Origin: Patescibacteria group bacterium
GTDB taxonomy: Bacteria; Patescibacteriota; JACPGU01
Length of the DNA: 64,000 bases
Direction of reading: 5' to 3'
Assembly: GCA_022703645.1 (NCBI GenBank)
Contig: JAKLDG010000001.1
Location: 797,254-861,253, forward strand
In this document: in pieces, positions 47,524 through 54,782 of the stretch
How positions within the stretch are numbered: position 1 is the stretch's first letter
How the letters are laid out: each line of letters starts with the position of its first letter
Made by a program: the position numbers and the translations under genes
Notes under the pieces: model-generated
Seen by the model: the letters and a program-made list of their open reading frames with translations, nothing else
Database searches by the model: none
What the model was told of the DNA's origin: nothing

Positions 47524-49783
47524 ACTTAACTATGATATTCCAATAAAGCCCATTATCTTCCATCCAGTTAAATCCATCAGCAACCGGACGGAAATATTCA
47601 TTATAAACCCCGGCTGCGTTTGGAGCCTTTACCGAAAAATTAAACCTCACATTTTGTCCGGGAACAATAGAGTTACTACTCATAATGATTCTATTCGGGG
47701 ATAGCCATCCTGATCCAGAAATGGGGTTGTAGAAACTGCTTGTACGATCTAATGGGTTGGCGGTACCTAATTTAACAACTGATGAATCCCAAGTTATTCC
47801 GCCGGTGTTTTGATATTCAACCCAGAAGACAATTTGATCTCCTCTATTCATTATTATATAAGGGCTTTGACCAATATAAGATGCATGATAAGACTGTTTT
47901 TCAATTGTCACTTTCCAATAAAGACCAATGTCATTCATCCAGCTAATTCCTTCAGCAACAAGATTAAAATATTCATTGTATTGACCGCTAATTCCAGTCG
48001 GGGCGCTAAAAGTAAAATTAAAATGTGCTATTTCTCCATGGGCCACGACATCTTCCTGCATCGCAATGCGGTTGCTTGAAAGCCAAGAAGTGTCAGTAAA
48101 AATACTATTTCTGTCCATTGGATGAGTTGAGGCAAGGTGTACGCTCTGCTTGGTCCAAGTAGCACTACCCGTGTTTAAATAGGCAATACTCATAGTAGTT
48201 TTTTGTCCCGCAGAAATATTTGGGTATGGGCTTTGGCTTATTAGCTGATATTCATAATCACTTGGGTTTTGTGATATCAAAGTACTTGGAAGAGCAGAAG
48301 CATCACGAGTGTTTAATGTCTTTACCGTTCTGTTTCCTGAAGTGTCATAAACCTCGAAGGTTATTGTATGATCGCCAGCTTCCAAGTTATCAGTTTTTAT
48401 GCCAACATTAAATGATTGTTTTGGGTCGCTATTTAAAACATACCATTTGCTGCCGCCATCAATTTGATATCGAACGGTAGAGATATTACTACTGGTGACG
48501 TTTGGCAAAATATCGTTTCCATCTGTGTCATCGATAGCCGCACCATTTATGCTGTAACTGCCATTTCCTGCTTTATAAAAAGAAGAAATATTGAGAGACG
48601 GAGCGATAGTATCATAGTTTAGAGCGCTATAAGCGTCGAGTTTTCCATATCCAAGAGTCATAGTATAAAAGGCACCAGACATAGATGGAATTTTCTTGGC
48701 ACTTGATAAAATTCTTTTTTTAACTTGTTCTGTCGTTAAAGATGGATCTTTGGATAATAGAAGTGCCGCAGTAGCTGTTACCTGTGGGGTTGCAAAAGAA
48801 GTTCCAGTTAGATATTGATAGTGGTTAATTTGGTTTGAAACAATCCAGCTGGTTGTATAAATATTGTCTCCTAAAGCAACAAGTCCAATACCATCACCAT
48901 AGTTTGCGTAGGATGCTTTATAACCATTCGCATCAAGCGCACCGACGCCAATAGCATCAGGATTACGAGCCGGATTATCTACCAAGACTCTGTGGCTATT
49001 TCCTGTAGCAGCCACCACTAAGCAACCTTTGTTTTTTGCATAGGCTACGGCATTATCCAGAGTTGTACTTTCTTCCATTAAGCCCAAACTAACATTGGCA
49101 ACCCTGGCGCCATTATCGGCTGCATAAGTAAGCCCGCGAGCAAGATCTACCACATCACCTTCACCAGAGGCGGGAACGGCTTTTACTGCCATAATTTTTA
49201 CATTGGCAATTCCAGCAATACCCAATCCATTATTTTTTTGCGCTGCGACCACTCCTGCAACAGCAGTTCCATGCAGATTATCATCCATCGGATCATTGTC
49301 GTTATTTACAAAATCATACCCATGAAAACCTTGCGAATTGGCCCACATCATATTTCGCAGGTCTTCATGGTTGTAGTTCACACCAGTGTCTACAACGGCA
49401 ACAATGATTGATTGTGAACCAGTCGAAGTGTTCCATGCGTTTATTATATTTGAACTTTGCAGATATGTTTGCAGTGAATATCCAGGATCATTAGGGGCTT
49501 CTGAAATCTTCACTTTCTGGTTTTTTTCGATATAAACCGTCGCGATATTTTTTGATAGGATGTTTACTTGGTCGGCCGTCGCATTAATTTCATAAATACC
49601 AAGTTCATTAATTTTTTCAAAACTAGCCACACCAGTTTCGTTAAAAACATCTTCGGTCAAAGCAAAATCACGACTTTTTAATAAGTAGGATTGTTTTTCT
49701 TGCGCAGCAAAGACCTTATTCGTTGGTATAAATAAAAGAGAAAATAGTGTCAGAAACACTAATGCTAAACTGATTTTTTTCAT
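47522..49783 (-). CDS. Secreted subtilisin-like serine protease (S8) with a C-terminal array of the same repeat domain found in the 42344..46264 amidase
   Basis: Signal peptide. Catalytic triad contexts VVDTGV (Asp), HGTAVAG (His), GTSFATP (Ser). The C-terminal ~230 aa are two to three repeats, ...LGTANPLDRTSSF...NRI...VPGQNVRFNFSVKAPNAAGVYNEYFRPVADGFNWMEDNGLYW. Confidence 0.8.
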   Translation of the reverse strand: MKKISLALVFLTLFSLLFIPTNKVFAAQEKQSYLLKSRDFALTEDVFNETGVASFEKINELGIYEINATADQVNILSKNIATVYIEKNQKVKISEAPNDPGYSLQTYLQSSNIINAWNTSTGSQSIIVAVVDTGVNYNHEDLRNMMWANSQGFHGYDFVNNDNDPMDDNLHGTAVAGVVAAQKNNGLGIAGIANVKIMAVKAVPASGEGDVVDLARGLTYAADNGARVANVSLGLMEESTTLDNAVAYAKNKGCLVVAATGNSHRVLVDNPARNPDAIGVGALDANGYKASYANYGDGIGLVALGDNIYTTSWIVSNQINHYQYLTGTSFATPQVTATAALLLSKDPSLTTEQVKKRILSSAKKIPSMSGAFYTMTLGYGKLDAYSALNYDTIAPSLNISSFYKAGNGSYSINGAAIDDTDGNDILPNVTSSNISTVRYQIDGGSKWYVLNSDPKQSFNVGIKTDNLEAGDHTITFEVYDTSGNRTVKTLNTRDASALPSTLISQNPSDYEYQLISQSPYPNISAGQKTTMSIAYLNTGSATWTKQSVHLASTHPMDRNSIFTDTSWLSSNRIAMQEDVVAHGEIAHFNFTFSAPTGISGQYNEYFNLVAEGISWMNDIGLYWKVTIEKQSYHASYIGQSPYIIMNRGDQIVFWVEYQNTGGITWDSSVVKLGTANPLDRTSSFYNPISGSGWLSPNRIIMSSNSIVPGQNVRFNFSVKAPNAAGVYNEYFRPVADGFNWMEDNGLYWNIIVK

Positions 49784-49832
49784 ATCAATATTATATTATA
49801 TTATTCTGATTTGTGCAATATTCTTGATTAAA

Positions 49833-51188
49833 TTAAAGTGTTATTTCCTCATTTTCCTTTGGGATATATGCATTAACACCCAGCTCTTCTTTTAGCTTTT
49901 TCGCAAATTCACTACTTGCTTCCGGCTCACCATGGGTTACAAAAACAGTTTTTGGCATATTCTTTTTTTCCAGAATATTTTTTATCCAATTTATTAACTT
50001 TGGCTGGTCAGCATGAGATGAGTAAGCGGATATCTCGCGGATTTGAGCCCTCACTTCTACCTCCTTACCCATAATACGCACAACTGGCTCTCCGTCTTTT
50101 ATTCTTCGCCCCAAAGTACCTTTTACCTGATAACCGATAAAAAGAATGATATTATTCGGATCTGGCAGGTATAACTGTTCATGACCAAGAATTCTTCCTC
50201 CCGTACTCATTCCGGATCCGGCGATAATTACTTTTGGTTTTCTTTCTCTCTCAATAGTCTTTGATTGCTGTGCGGTTCTTGTGACTATCAGCCCCGGAAA
50301 ATTGAATATATCATGATCAGTTTTGATGGTTTCTCTTGCGGCATTGTCAAAATACCTTGGGTACTTGGCATATATTTCAGTAGCTTTGGTTGCTAATGGA
50401 CTGTCAATAAAAAAATTTATCTTGCCGATTCTCCCTTGGTTTGCAAGTTCGTTCAGTTCATAAAGTAATTCCTGGGTTTTTTCCAGCGCGAAAGCGGGAA
50501 TGAGCAGTACTCCTTTTTTCTCTTCCACTTCATCAAGAACCTTTTCAAGTTCCCCCATCCTTTTTTCTGATTTTTCATGTACTCTATTGCCATAAGTTGA
50601 CTCAATGATGATATAGTCTGCTTGATCAATTTTTTCCGGGTCTTCAACTATTGGGGCAGGAGGGTTACCAAGGTCACCAGAAAAAATAACGGTTTTTCCT
50701 TCAGCGAAAACTTTTAACATTGAAGATCCGAGGATATGCCCCGCATCCAGAAATTCCAAAAGCATATTACCAACTTTGAACGGTTTGTGATAATCAGTTC
50801 CTTGCCATAAATAAAGCGCTTTGTTCAGGTCATCTTCATCCCAAATCATCCTCTCGGGATCGCGTCTGGACTCATCGCGCATTAGTTTGAAAGTGTCATT
50901 CAAAAATATCATTCCGAGATCTTTTACTGGATCAGTCGAATAAATTGGTCCGTTAAATCCGCTTCTGATTAATTTTGGGATTCTCCCAATGTGGTCAATA
51001 TGCGAGTGTGTAGCGATAACGGCATCAATAGTTTTGGCATCAAAAGCAAAAGGTTCCATGTTTTTTCCTCGGTCAGCCGCGCTACCCTGAAACAAACCGC
51101 AGTCAATAATAATCCTTGTTCCTTCAGATTCGATAAGGTAGCAAGAACCTGTTACTCTGCCGGTAGCTCCCATGAATTTTATTTTCAT
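49833..51188 (-). CDS. MBL-fold beta-CASP ribonuclease (RNase J/CPSF-like)
   Basis: HSHIDHIGRIP metallo-beta-lactamase motif; 451 aa with a beta-CASP-like middle region. Confidence 0.6.
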   Translation of the reverse strand: MKIKFMGATGRVTGSCYLIESEGTRIIIDCGLFQGSAADRGKNMEPFAFDAKTIDAVIATHSHIDHIGRIPKLIRSGFNGPIYSTDPVKDLGMIFLNDTFKLMRDESRRDPERMIWDEDDLNKALYLWQGTDYHKPFKVGNMLLEFLDAGHILGSSMLKVFAEGKTVIFSGDLGNPPAPIVEDPEKIDQADYIIIESTYGNRVHEKSEKRMGELEKVLDEVEEKKGVLLIPAFALEKTQELLYELNELANQGRIGKINFFIDSPLATKATEIYAKYPRYFDNAARETIKTDHDIFNFPGLIVTRTAQQSKTIERERKPKVIIAGSGMSTGGRILGHEQLYLPDPNNIILFIGYQVKGTLGRRIKDGEPVVRIMGKEVEVRAQIREISAYSSHADQPKLINWIKNILEKKNMPKTVFVTHGEPEASSEFAKKLKEELGVNAYIPKENEEITL

Positions 51189-51270
51189 ATTTTTGATGTT
51201 TATTATTCTTTTTATTATACATTATTAGTTTAATAAAAAAACAACGAAATTAGTCGTCGTTTATTTAATT

Positions 51271-51466
51271 AATGGGCTTTAATTGAAAATGCGCGAACCT
51301 TTTTCAAATCTAAAAACTGAATTTCTGAATTGCATTTTGGGCGGAGCAATTCTGGGTGGGGGGCAGAATGCTCCGCCCAAAAACCCCGAATCCGAATTTT
51401 CCGCTCAATTTTCCGCCGCCGCTTCTTGCCGCAATTTAGGAAATTGCGGCTATTTTGAAATTTTGA
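51271..51466 (+). repeat. Inverted repeat A (left copy, ~196 bp) with GC-rich long hairpin plus terminator-like hairpin
   Basis: The reverse complement recurs at 54374..54569: ~150 nt identical apart from 1 mismatch. A 15-bp stem gggcggagcaattctg/cagaatgctccgccc has one bulge. The second hairpin ccgcaatttaggaaattgcgg is followed by a T-rich tail. Confidence 0.85.
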
Positions 51467-51473
51467 TTTTTAC

Positions 51474-52001
51474 CTATGTATTTTTTAAGACTTTCCCAAA
51501 AATATATGTATGTGTTACGGGTGGCTTTAAAAGTGTCCCCACAAATGGTTTTTTATTTAATTCTTTTATATTTAAAATTTTATAGTTATTAGCTTTATAA
51601 AATTTAATTGCCCAATCAGCCTTTTTCTGAGCTTCTAGCGCGATTGCATCTATTCCTAATCGTTTTGCTCTTTTTTCTATTTCAGAAAGTAACCCGCTTC
51701 CAACTCCTATTTTTTGATATTTTGGCAACACTTGAATCATACTTATCCAAAGAATACCATTCTCTTTAAGATAATATCTCATGGTGCCAACTATTTTATT
51801 ATTAATCGTAGCTATTAGAAATTTTCTCGTTTTTGCTGATTCTGCAAGATCTTTTTCTGATGCCTTTCCAACACAAAGCATCGTACATTCACTGGGTGTA
51901 AAAACGGACATGTATTGTTTGGCTTCTGAATTTTCTACTCTCGCAAATTCTTTATATTCAGATCCTTTTGGTTTTCTAAATTTTATTTTAATCATTTTCA
52001 T
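51474..52001 (-). CDS. GNAT-family N-acetyltransferase
   Basis: Start at MKMIKIKF (rc of 51999-52001). Acetyl-CoA motif ...LPKYQKIGVGSGLLSEIEKRAKRLGIDAIALEA. The upstream palindrome atttagccggctaaa (52091-52105) shares the half-site TTTAGCC with the PD40-gene operators. Confidence 0.7.
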   Translation of the reverse strand: MKMIKIKFRKPKGSEYKEFARVENSEAKQYMSVFTPSECTMLCVGKASEKDLAESAKTRKFLIATINNKIVGTMRYYLKENGILWISMIQVLPKYQKIGVGSGLLSEIEKRAKRLGIDAIALEAQKKADWAIKFYKANNYKILNIKELNKKPFVGTLLKPPVTHTYIFGKVLKNT

Positions 52002-52146
52002 TTTTATCCATTTTAAATATATCAGAACGACAGGAAAAAGTAAATAATTTAGGAAAATAAAAGTGATTTTTCTCTGTGGAAAAGTCATTTATTTAGCCGG
52101 CTAAACCCTAATATTGCACTCAAAATTTTGGCTTAATAAACGAATA

Positions 52147-52175
52147 TTGACTTTGCCGGCAAACTGTGCTATTAT
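52147..52175 (+). promoter_or_regulatory. Consensus sigma70 promoter TTGACT-17-TATTAT
   Basis: -35 at 52147-52152 and -10 at 52170-52175 with an exact 17-bp spacer. Confidence 0.6.
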
Positions 52176-52181
52176 GTATTT

Positions 52182-52262
52182 AGCATTCGTGAGGGCTTTG
52201 GCTCTCTCGCGGTCAAATGTTAAACTGCAGACGAGTGCTACCAGATTCTTTCTGGTTTTTTT
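52182..52262 (+). ncRNA. Candidate small RNA (~80 nt) defined by the consensus promoter and an intrinsic terminator; no protein-coding capacity
   Basis: Downstream of the TTGACT/TATTAT promoter. 7-bp closing stem gcattcg...cgagtgc (one G-U pair); terminator accagattctttctggt + TTTTTTT at 52240-52262. The 3' end abuts the stop of the convergent 52261..52755 gene. Confidence 0.4.
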
Positions 52263-52755
52263 ATTCTTCAAAATCAGTAGAGCTTAGTTTTCTTTTCTTG
52301 TTTCCGTTGGCATCAACAAACTCTATCCATGACGGGTACATGCTATAAAAGAATTTAACTCCGCCTTCAATTTCTTTTACAACCACTTTGATTCTCACTT
52401 CTTTTATAATAGCTACAAAAACATAATACCGAACCAACTTTGCTCTTTTCTCCCAGCGAGAATTTACTTTCTGACGAACTAACATATTTCTCTCGTCGTA
52501 TTCTTGTAGGGTGTGTGACTTCGTAATAATTTCAGGAACTAAATGTAATAGTCTCAATCGATTGTATTGTTCCACTTCGGATCTACCACGATTCCAAGAT
52601 TTGAAAAGCAGGTGTTCAAAACCTTCATTATTAAAATGCACAAAATCATCTAAATAAGGGCATTTAATTTTGCCAATGTTTTTGTACATTTCTTCGGCAT
52701 TTTCTCGTACCGTTTTGAACTTTTTCTCATCAAATTTTGGATTTTTGTTTTCCAT
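52261..52755 (-). CDS. Hypothetical protein (~164 aa) in IR-flanked cargo
   Basis: Start assumed at MENKNPKF (rc of 52753-52755); no motif recognised. Confidence 0.4.
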   Translation of the reverse strand: MENKNPKFDEKKFKTVRENAEEMYKNIGKIKCPYLDDFVHFNNEGFEHLLFKSWNRGRSEVEQYNRLRLLHLVPEIITKSHTLQEYDERNMLVRQKVNSRWEKRAKLVRYYVFVAIIKEVRIKVVVKEIEGGVKFFYSMYPSWIEFVDANGNKKRKLSSTDFEE

Positions 52756-52848
52756 GATTTTATTATAACATAAAAGTTGGCATGAGAATATCATTGTATT
52801 TTGCTCTGTTTTTGCATAATATGTAACTAATAAATAAACCAAAATTTT

Positions 52849-53895
52849 ATGACAGAAAAATTTGATCCAAGTAAACCAGAGTATAAGAAAGTCGAGGATT
52901 TACCAGAAGATCAACAACCACGATTTGAAAATGTTGAGGGCGGTGGTTTTGTAAATAAAGCCGCTCTTGAATTGTCCAAGGAAGATGCTCAAGAAAAAGC
53001 AACGAAAATTAATGAATGGGTAAACAGTAAAAGGAAAGGTAAATACAGTGAGCTTGATAATCCTGAATCTTCCATGGTATTTGAAAACAAGATAGAGACT
53101 TATGATATTCTTAAGCAAAGATTAGAAAAATTCGATGACATTACTGAAAGAGTTGAAAATTTAATATTGGAGGGGGGTGATTTTGATGTTTTGAGACCCG
53201 GATTTTGGAAGGATATGGTAAGAGCAGAAATGGAATTAGATCCGGCGAGAGGAGGTCTTTCTTGGAAAATAGCCATAGACATAGGCATAAGAGACTCTCA
53301 TATGTTTTTCTCTAGGATTATAGCACTTGATATATTCCATTCTTTGAAAAAAAAGGGATTACTTGACGATAATGATAAGAAACTGTTTTTAAAATCTATG
53401 CCAGTATTTGAGTTAGATAGCATATATACTAGGGGTCGTTCATTGTCACCCACAGCCCTTCTTGGCTACGAAAATGAGCTACTAGATTCTTTAGAAAAAT
53501 TATCACAGCGCGAGAATAGGGATGAAATAAATAAGGAGATTAATGAACGATCGCGCATTCATAGATCGATCTTTGACCTTCATAGATCATGTAATCGCCA
53601 TTTCTTTGAAGACTCTGGGTTCAGTGATATGGATGAATTTATTAAGGATGGAATGGGCGAAAAACAATTCAGGACCTATAATTCATTTAGATCGGGCATA
53701 GACAAGTCGCTTATAGAATATGAGGAACAAAATGAGTTTAAATATAGATCTGGACTCGCGGGCTGGGACGATTCTTATCCAAGAAACGCATTTACTCGTG
53801 GTATGGGCGATATAGATGTTTTTATTGATTTGGCAAAAGATGCTAAAAATAAAACTGAAAATGAAATAGAGCAAGATAAGAAAAAATCAAATTAG
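52849..53895 (+). CDS. Hypothetical protein (348 aa) in IR-flanked cargo
   Basis: Divergent from the 52261..52755 gene; acidic and charged; no motif recognised; hairpin terminator at ~53912-53935. Confidence 0.45.
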   Translation: MTEKFDPSKPEYKKVEDLPEDQQPRFENVEGGGFVNKAALELSKEDAQEKATKINEWVNSKRKGKYSELDNPESSMVFENKIETYDILKQRLEKFDDITERVENLILEGGDFDVLRPGFWKDMVRAEMELDPARGGLSWKIAIDIGIRDSHMFFSRIIALDIFHSLKKKGLLDDNDKKLFLKSMPVFELDSIYTRGRSLSPTALLGYENELLDSLEKLSQRENRDEINKEINERSRIHRSIFDLHRSCNRHFFEDSGFSDMDEFIKDGMGEKQFRTYNSFRSGIDKSLIEYEEQNEFKYRSGLAGWDDSYPRNAFTRGMGDIDVFIDLAKDAKNKTENEIEQDKKKSN

Positions 53896-54048
53896 CCAAT
53901 TGATAATTATAAAAGAGCGTCCAGCAGGGCGCTCTTTTCTTTCCCCTTAAATAGTCCTTCATCTCGCAGCTCCGCTGCGCCCCTCTAAATATAAAAACCT
54001 TGAATTTATATTCCTTAATAAAATTATATTTTTCTTATTATCATTTTT

Positions 54049-54255
54049 CTATTTTAATAGTTGGTCTACTTTTGTTCCGATAGCTTCAGCTAATTTCTCA
54101 ATGGTAGAAAGAGTGAGATTTCTCTTGCCATTTTCAATTCCACTAATAAAAGAACGATGAACTTTTAGTTTTCTCGCAATCGTTCCTTGTGATAATTTCT
54201 TTTTTGTTCTTATTTTTTTTAGATTTTTTCCTAATTGTGATGCTATTTTTGACAT
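54049..54255 (-). CDS. XRE-family helix-turn-helix transcriptional regulator (68 aa)
   Basis: LKKIRTKKKLSQGTIARKLKVHRSFISGIENGKRNLTLSTIEKLAEAIG is a canonical Cro/C1 HTH. Its promoter region has direct repeats ATAATGCAACA x2 (54270-54305, minus-strand reading). Confidence 0.85.
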   Translation of the reverse strand: MSKIASQLGKNLKKIRTKKKLSQGTIARKLKVHRSFISGIENGKRNLTLSTIEKLAEAIGTKVDQLLK

Positions 54256-54373
54256 ATAATTATTATCATTATAAATGTTGTTGCATTATTAGACAATGTT
54301 GCATTATAATGATACATGGATATTTGGGAGTCCTCATCATGCGCGCACGGGAGGGTGGGGCAAGCATGAAAAA

Positions 54374-54569
54374 ATCAAATTTCAAAATAGCGAGCCAATG
54401 GGATTGGCTCGCAAGAAGTGGCGGCGGAAAATTGAGCGGAAAATTCGGATTCGGGGTTTTTGGGCGGAGCATTCTGCCCCCCACCCAGAATTGCTCCGCC
54501 CAAAATGCAATTCAGAAATTCAGTTTTTAGATTTGAAAAAGGTTCGCGCATTTTCAATTAAAGCCCATT
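54374..54569 (-). repeat. Inverted repeat A' (right copy), reverse complement of 51271..51466
   Basis: ~150 nt identical to A. The terminal hairpin has a different sequence but keeps the fold (cgagccaatcccattggctcg versus ccgcaatttaggaaattgcgg). This is compensatory change conserving structure. Confidence 0.85.
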
Positions 54570-54714
54570 GAATTGGAGAGAGCGAAAAATTTGCGGGAAT
54601 TTTGACTCCTCGCTCGCCCCGAAGGCGGGCGGGGCGAGCGAGAATTGAAGCTGTAAAATCATAAGGTTCCAAGAAATTCCAAATGATGTTTTTATTTGAA
54701 ATCAGGCGGTTCGT
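54567..54714 (+). repeat. Inverted repeat B (left copy, 148 bp) abutting A', with GC-rich palindrome ctcgctcgcccc...ggggcgagcgag
   Basis: The reverse complement recurs at 56182..56328 with apparently perfect identity. It contains TGTAAAAT, an extended -10-like element oriented toward the recombinase gene. Confidence 0.85.
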
Positions 54715-54782
54715 GATAGCGGAGCTATCGTGAGCATTAGCTCACTCCAATTTTTTCCACAAGCGAAATAAATATAATCAAA

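Noticed and set aside
51283-51585. ORF-track peptides MKMREPFSNLKTEF... reading inward from both copies of inverted repeat A (51283..51585 + and 54375..54557 -)
   Set aside because: They exist only because the repeat is duplicated. The two copies diverge non-conservatively exactly where the DNA keeps a compensatory hairpin, they start at TTG with no SD, and they run through G-rich palindromes. This is structural DNA/RNA, not coding.
52182-52262. Tested whether the promoter-defined small RNA is a tRNA (7-bp closing stem gcattcg/cgagtgc)
   Set aside because: Only ~42 nt lie between the stem halves, too short for D, anticodon and T arms, and there is no GTTC-type T-loop. It is kept as a generic sRNA candidate instead.
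54189-54571. ORFs 54189..54530 + and 54296..54571 + spanning the XRE promoter and repeat A'
   Set aside because: They overlap the XRE regulatory region and the structured inverted repeat, have no start signals, and the translation is dominated by the palindromic G-runs.
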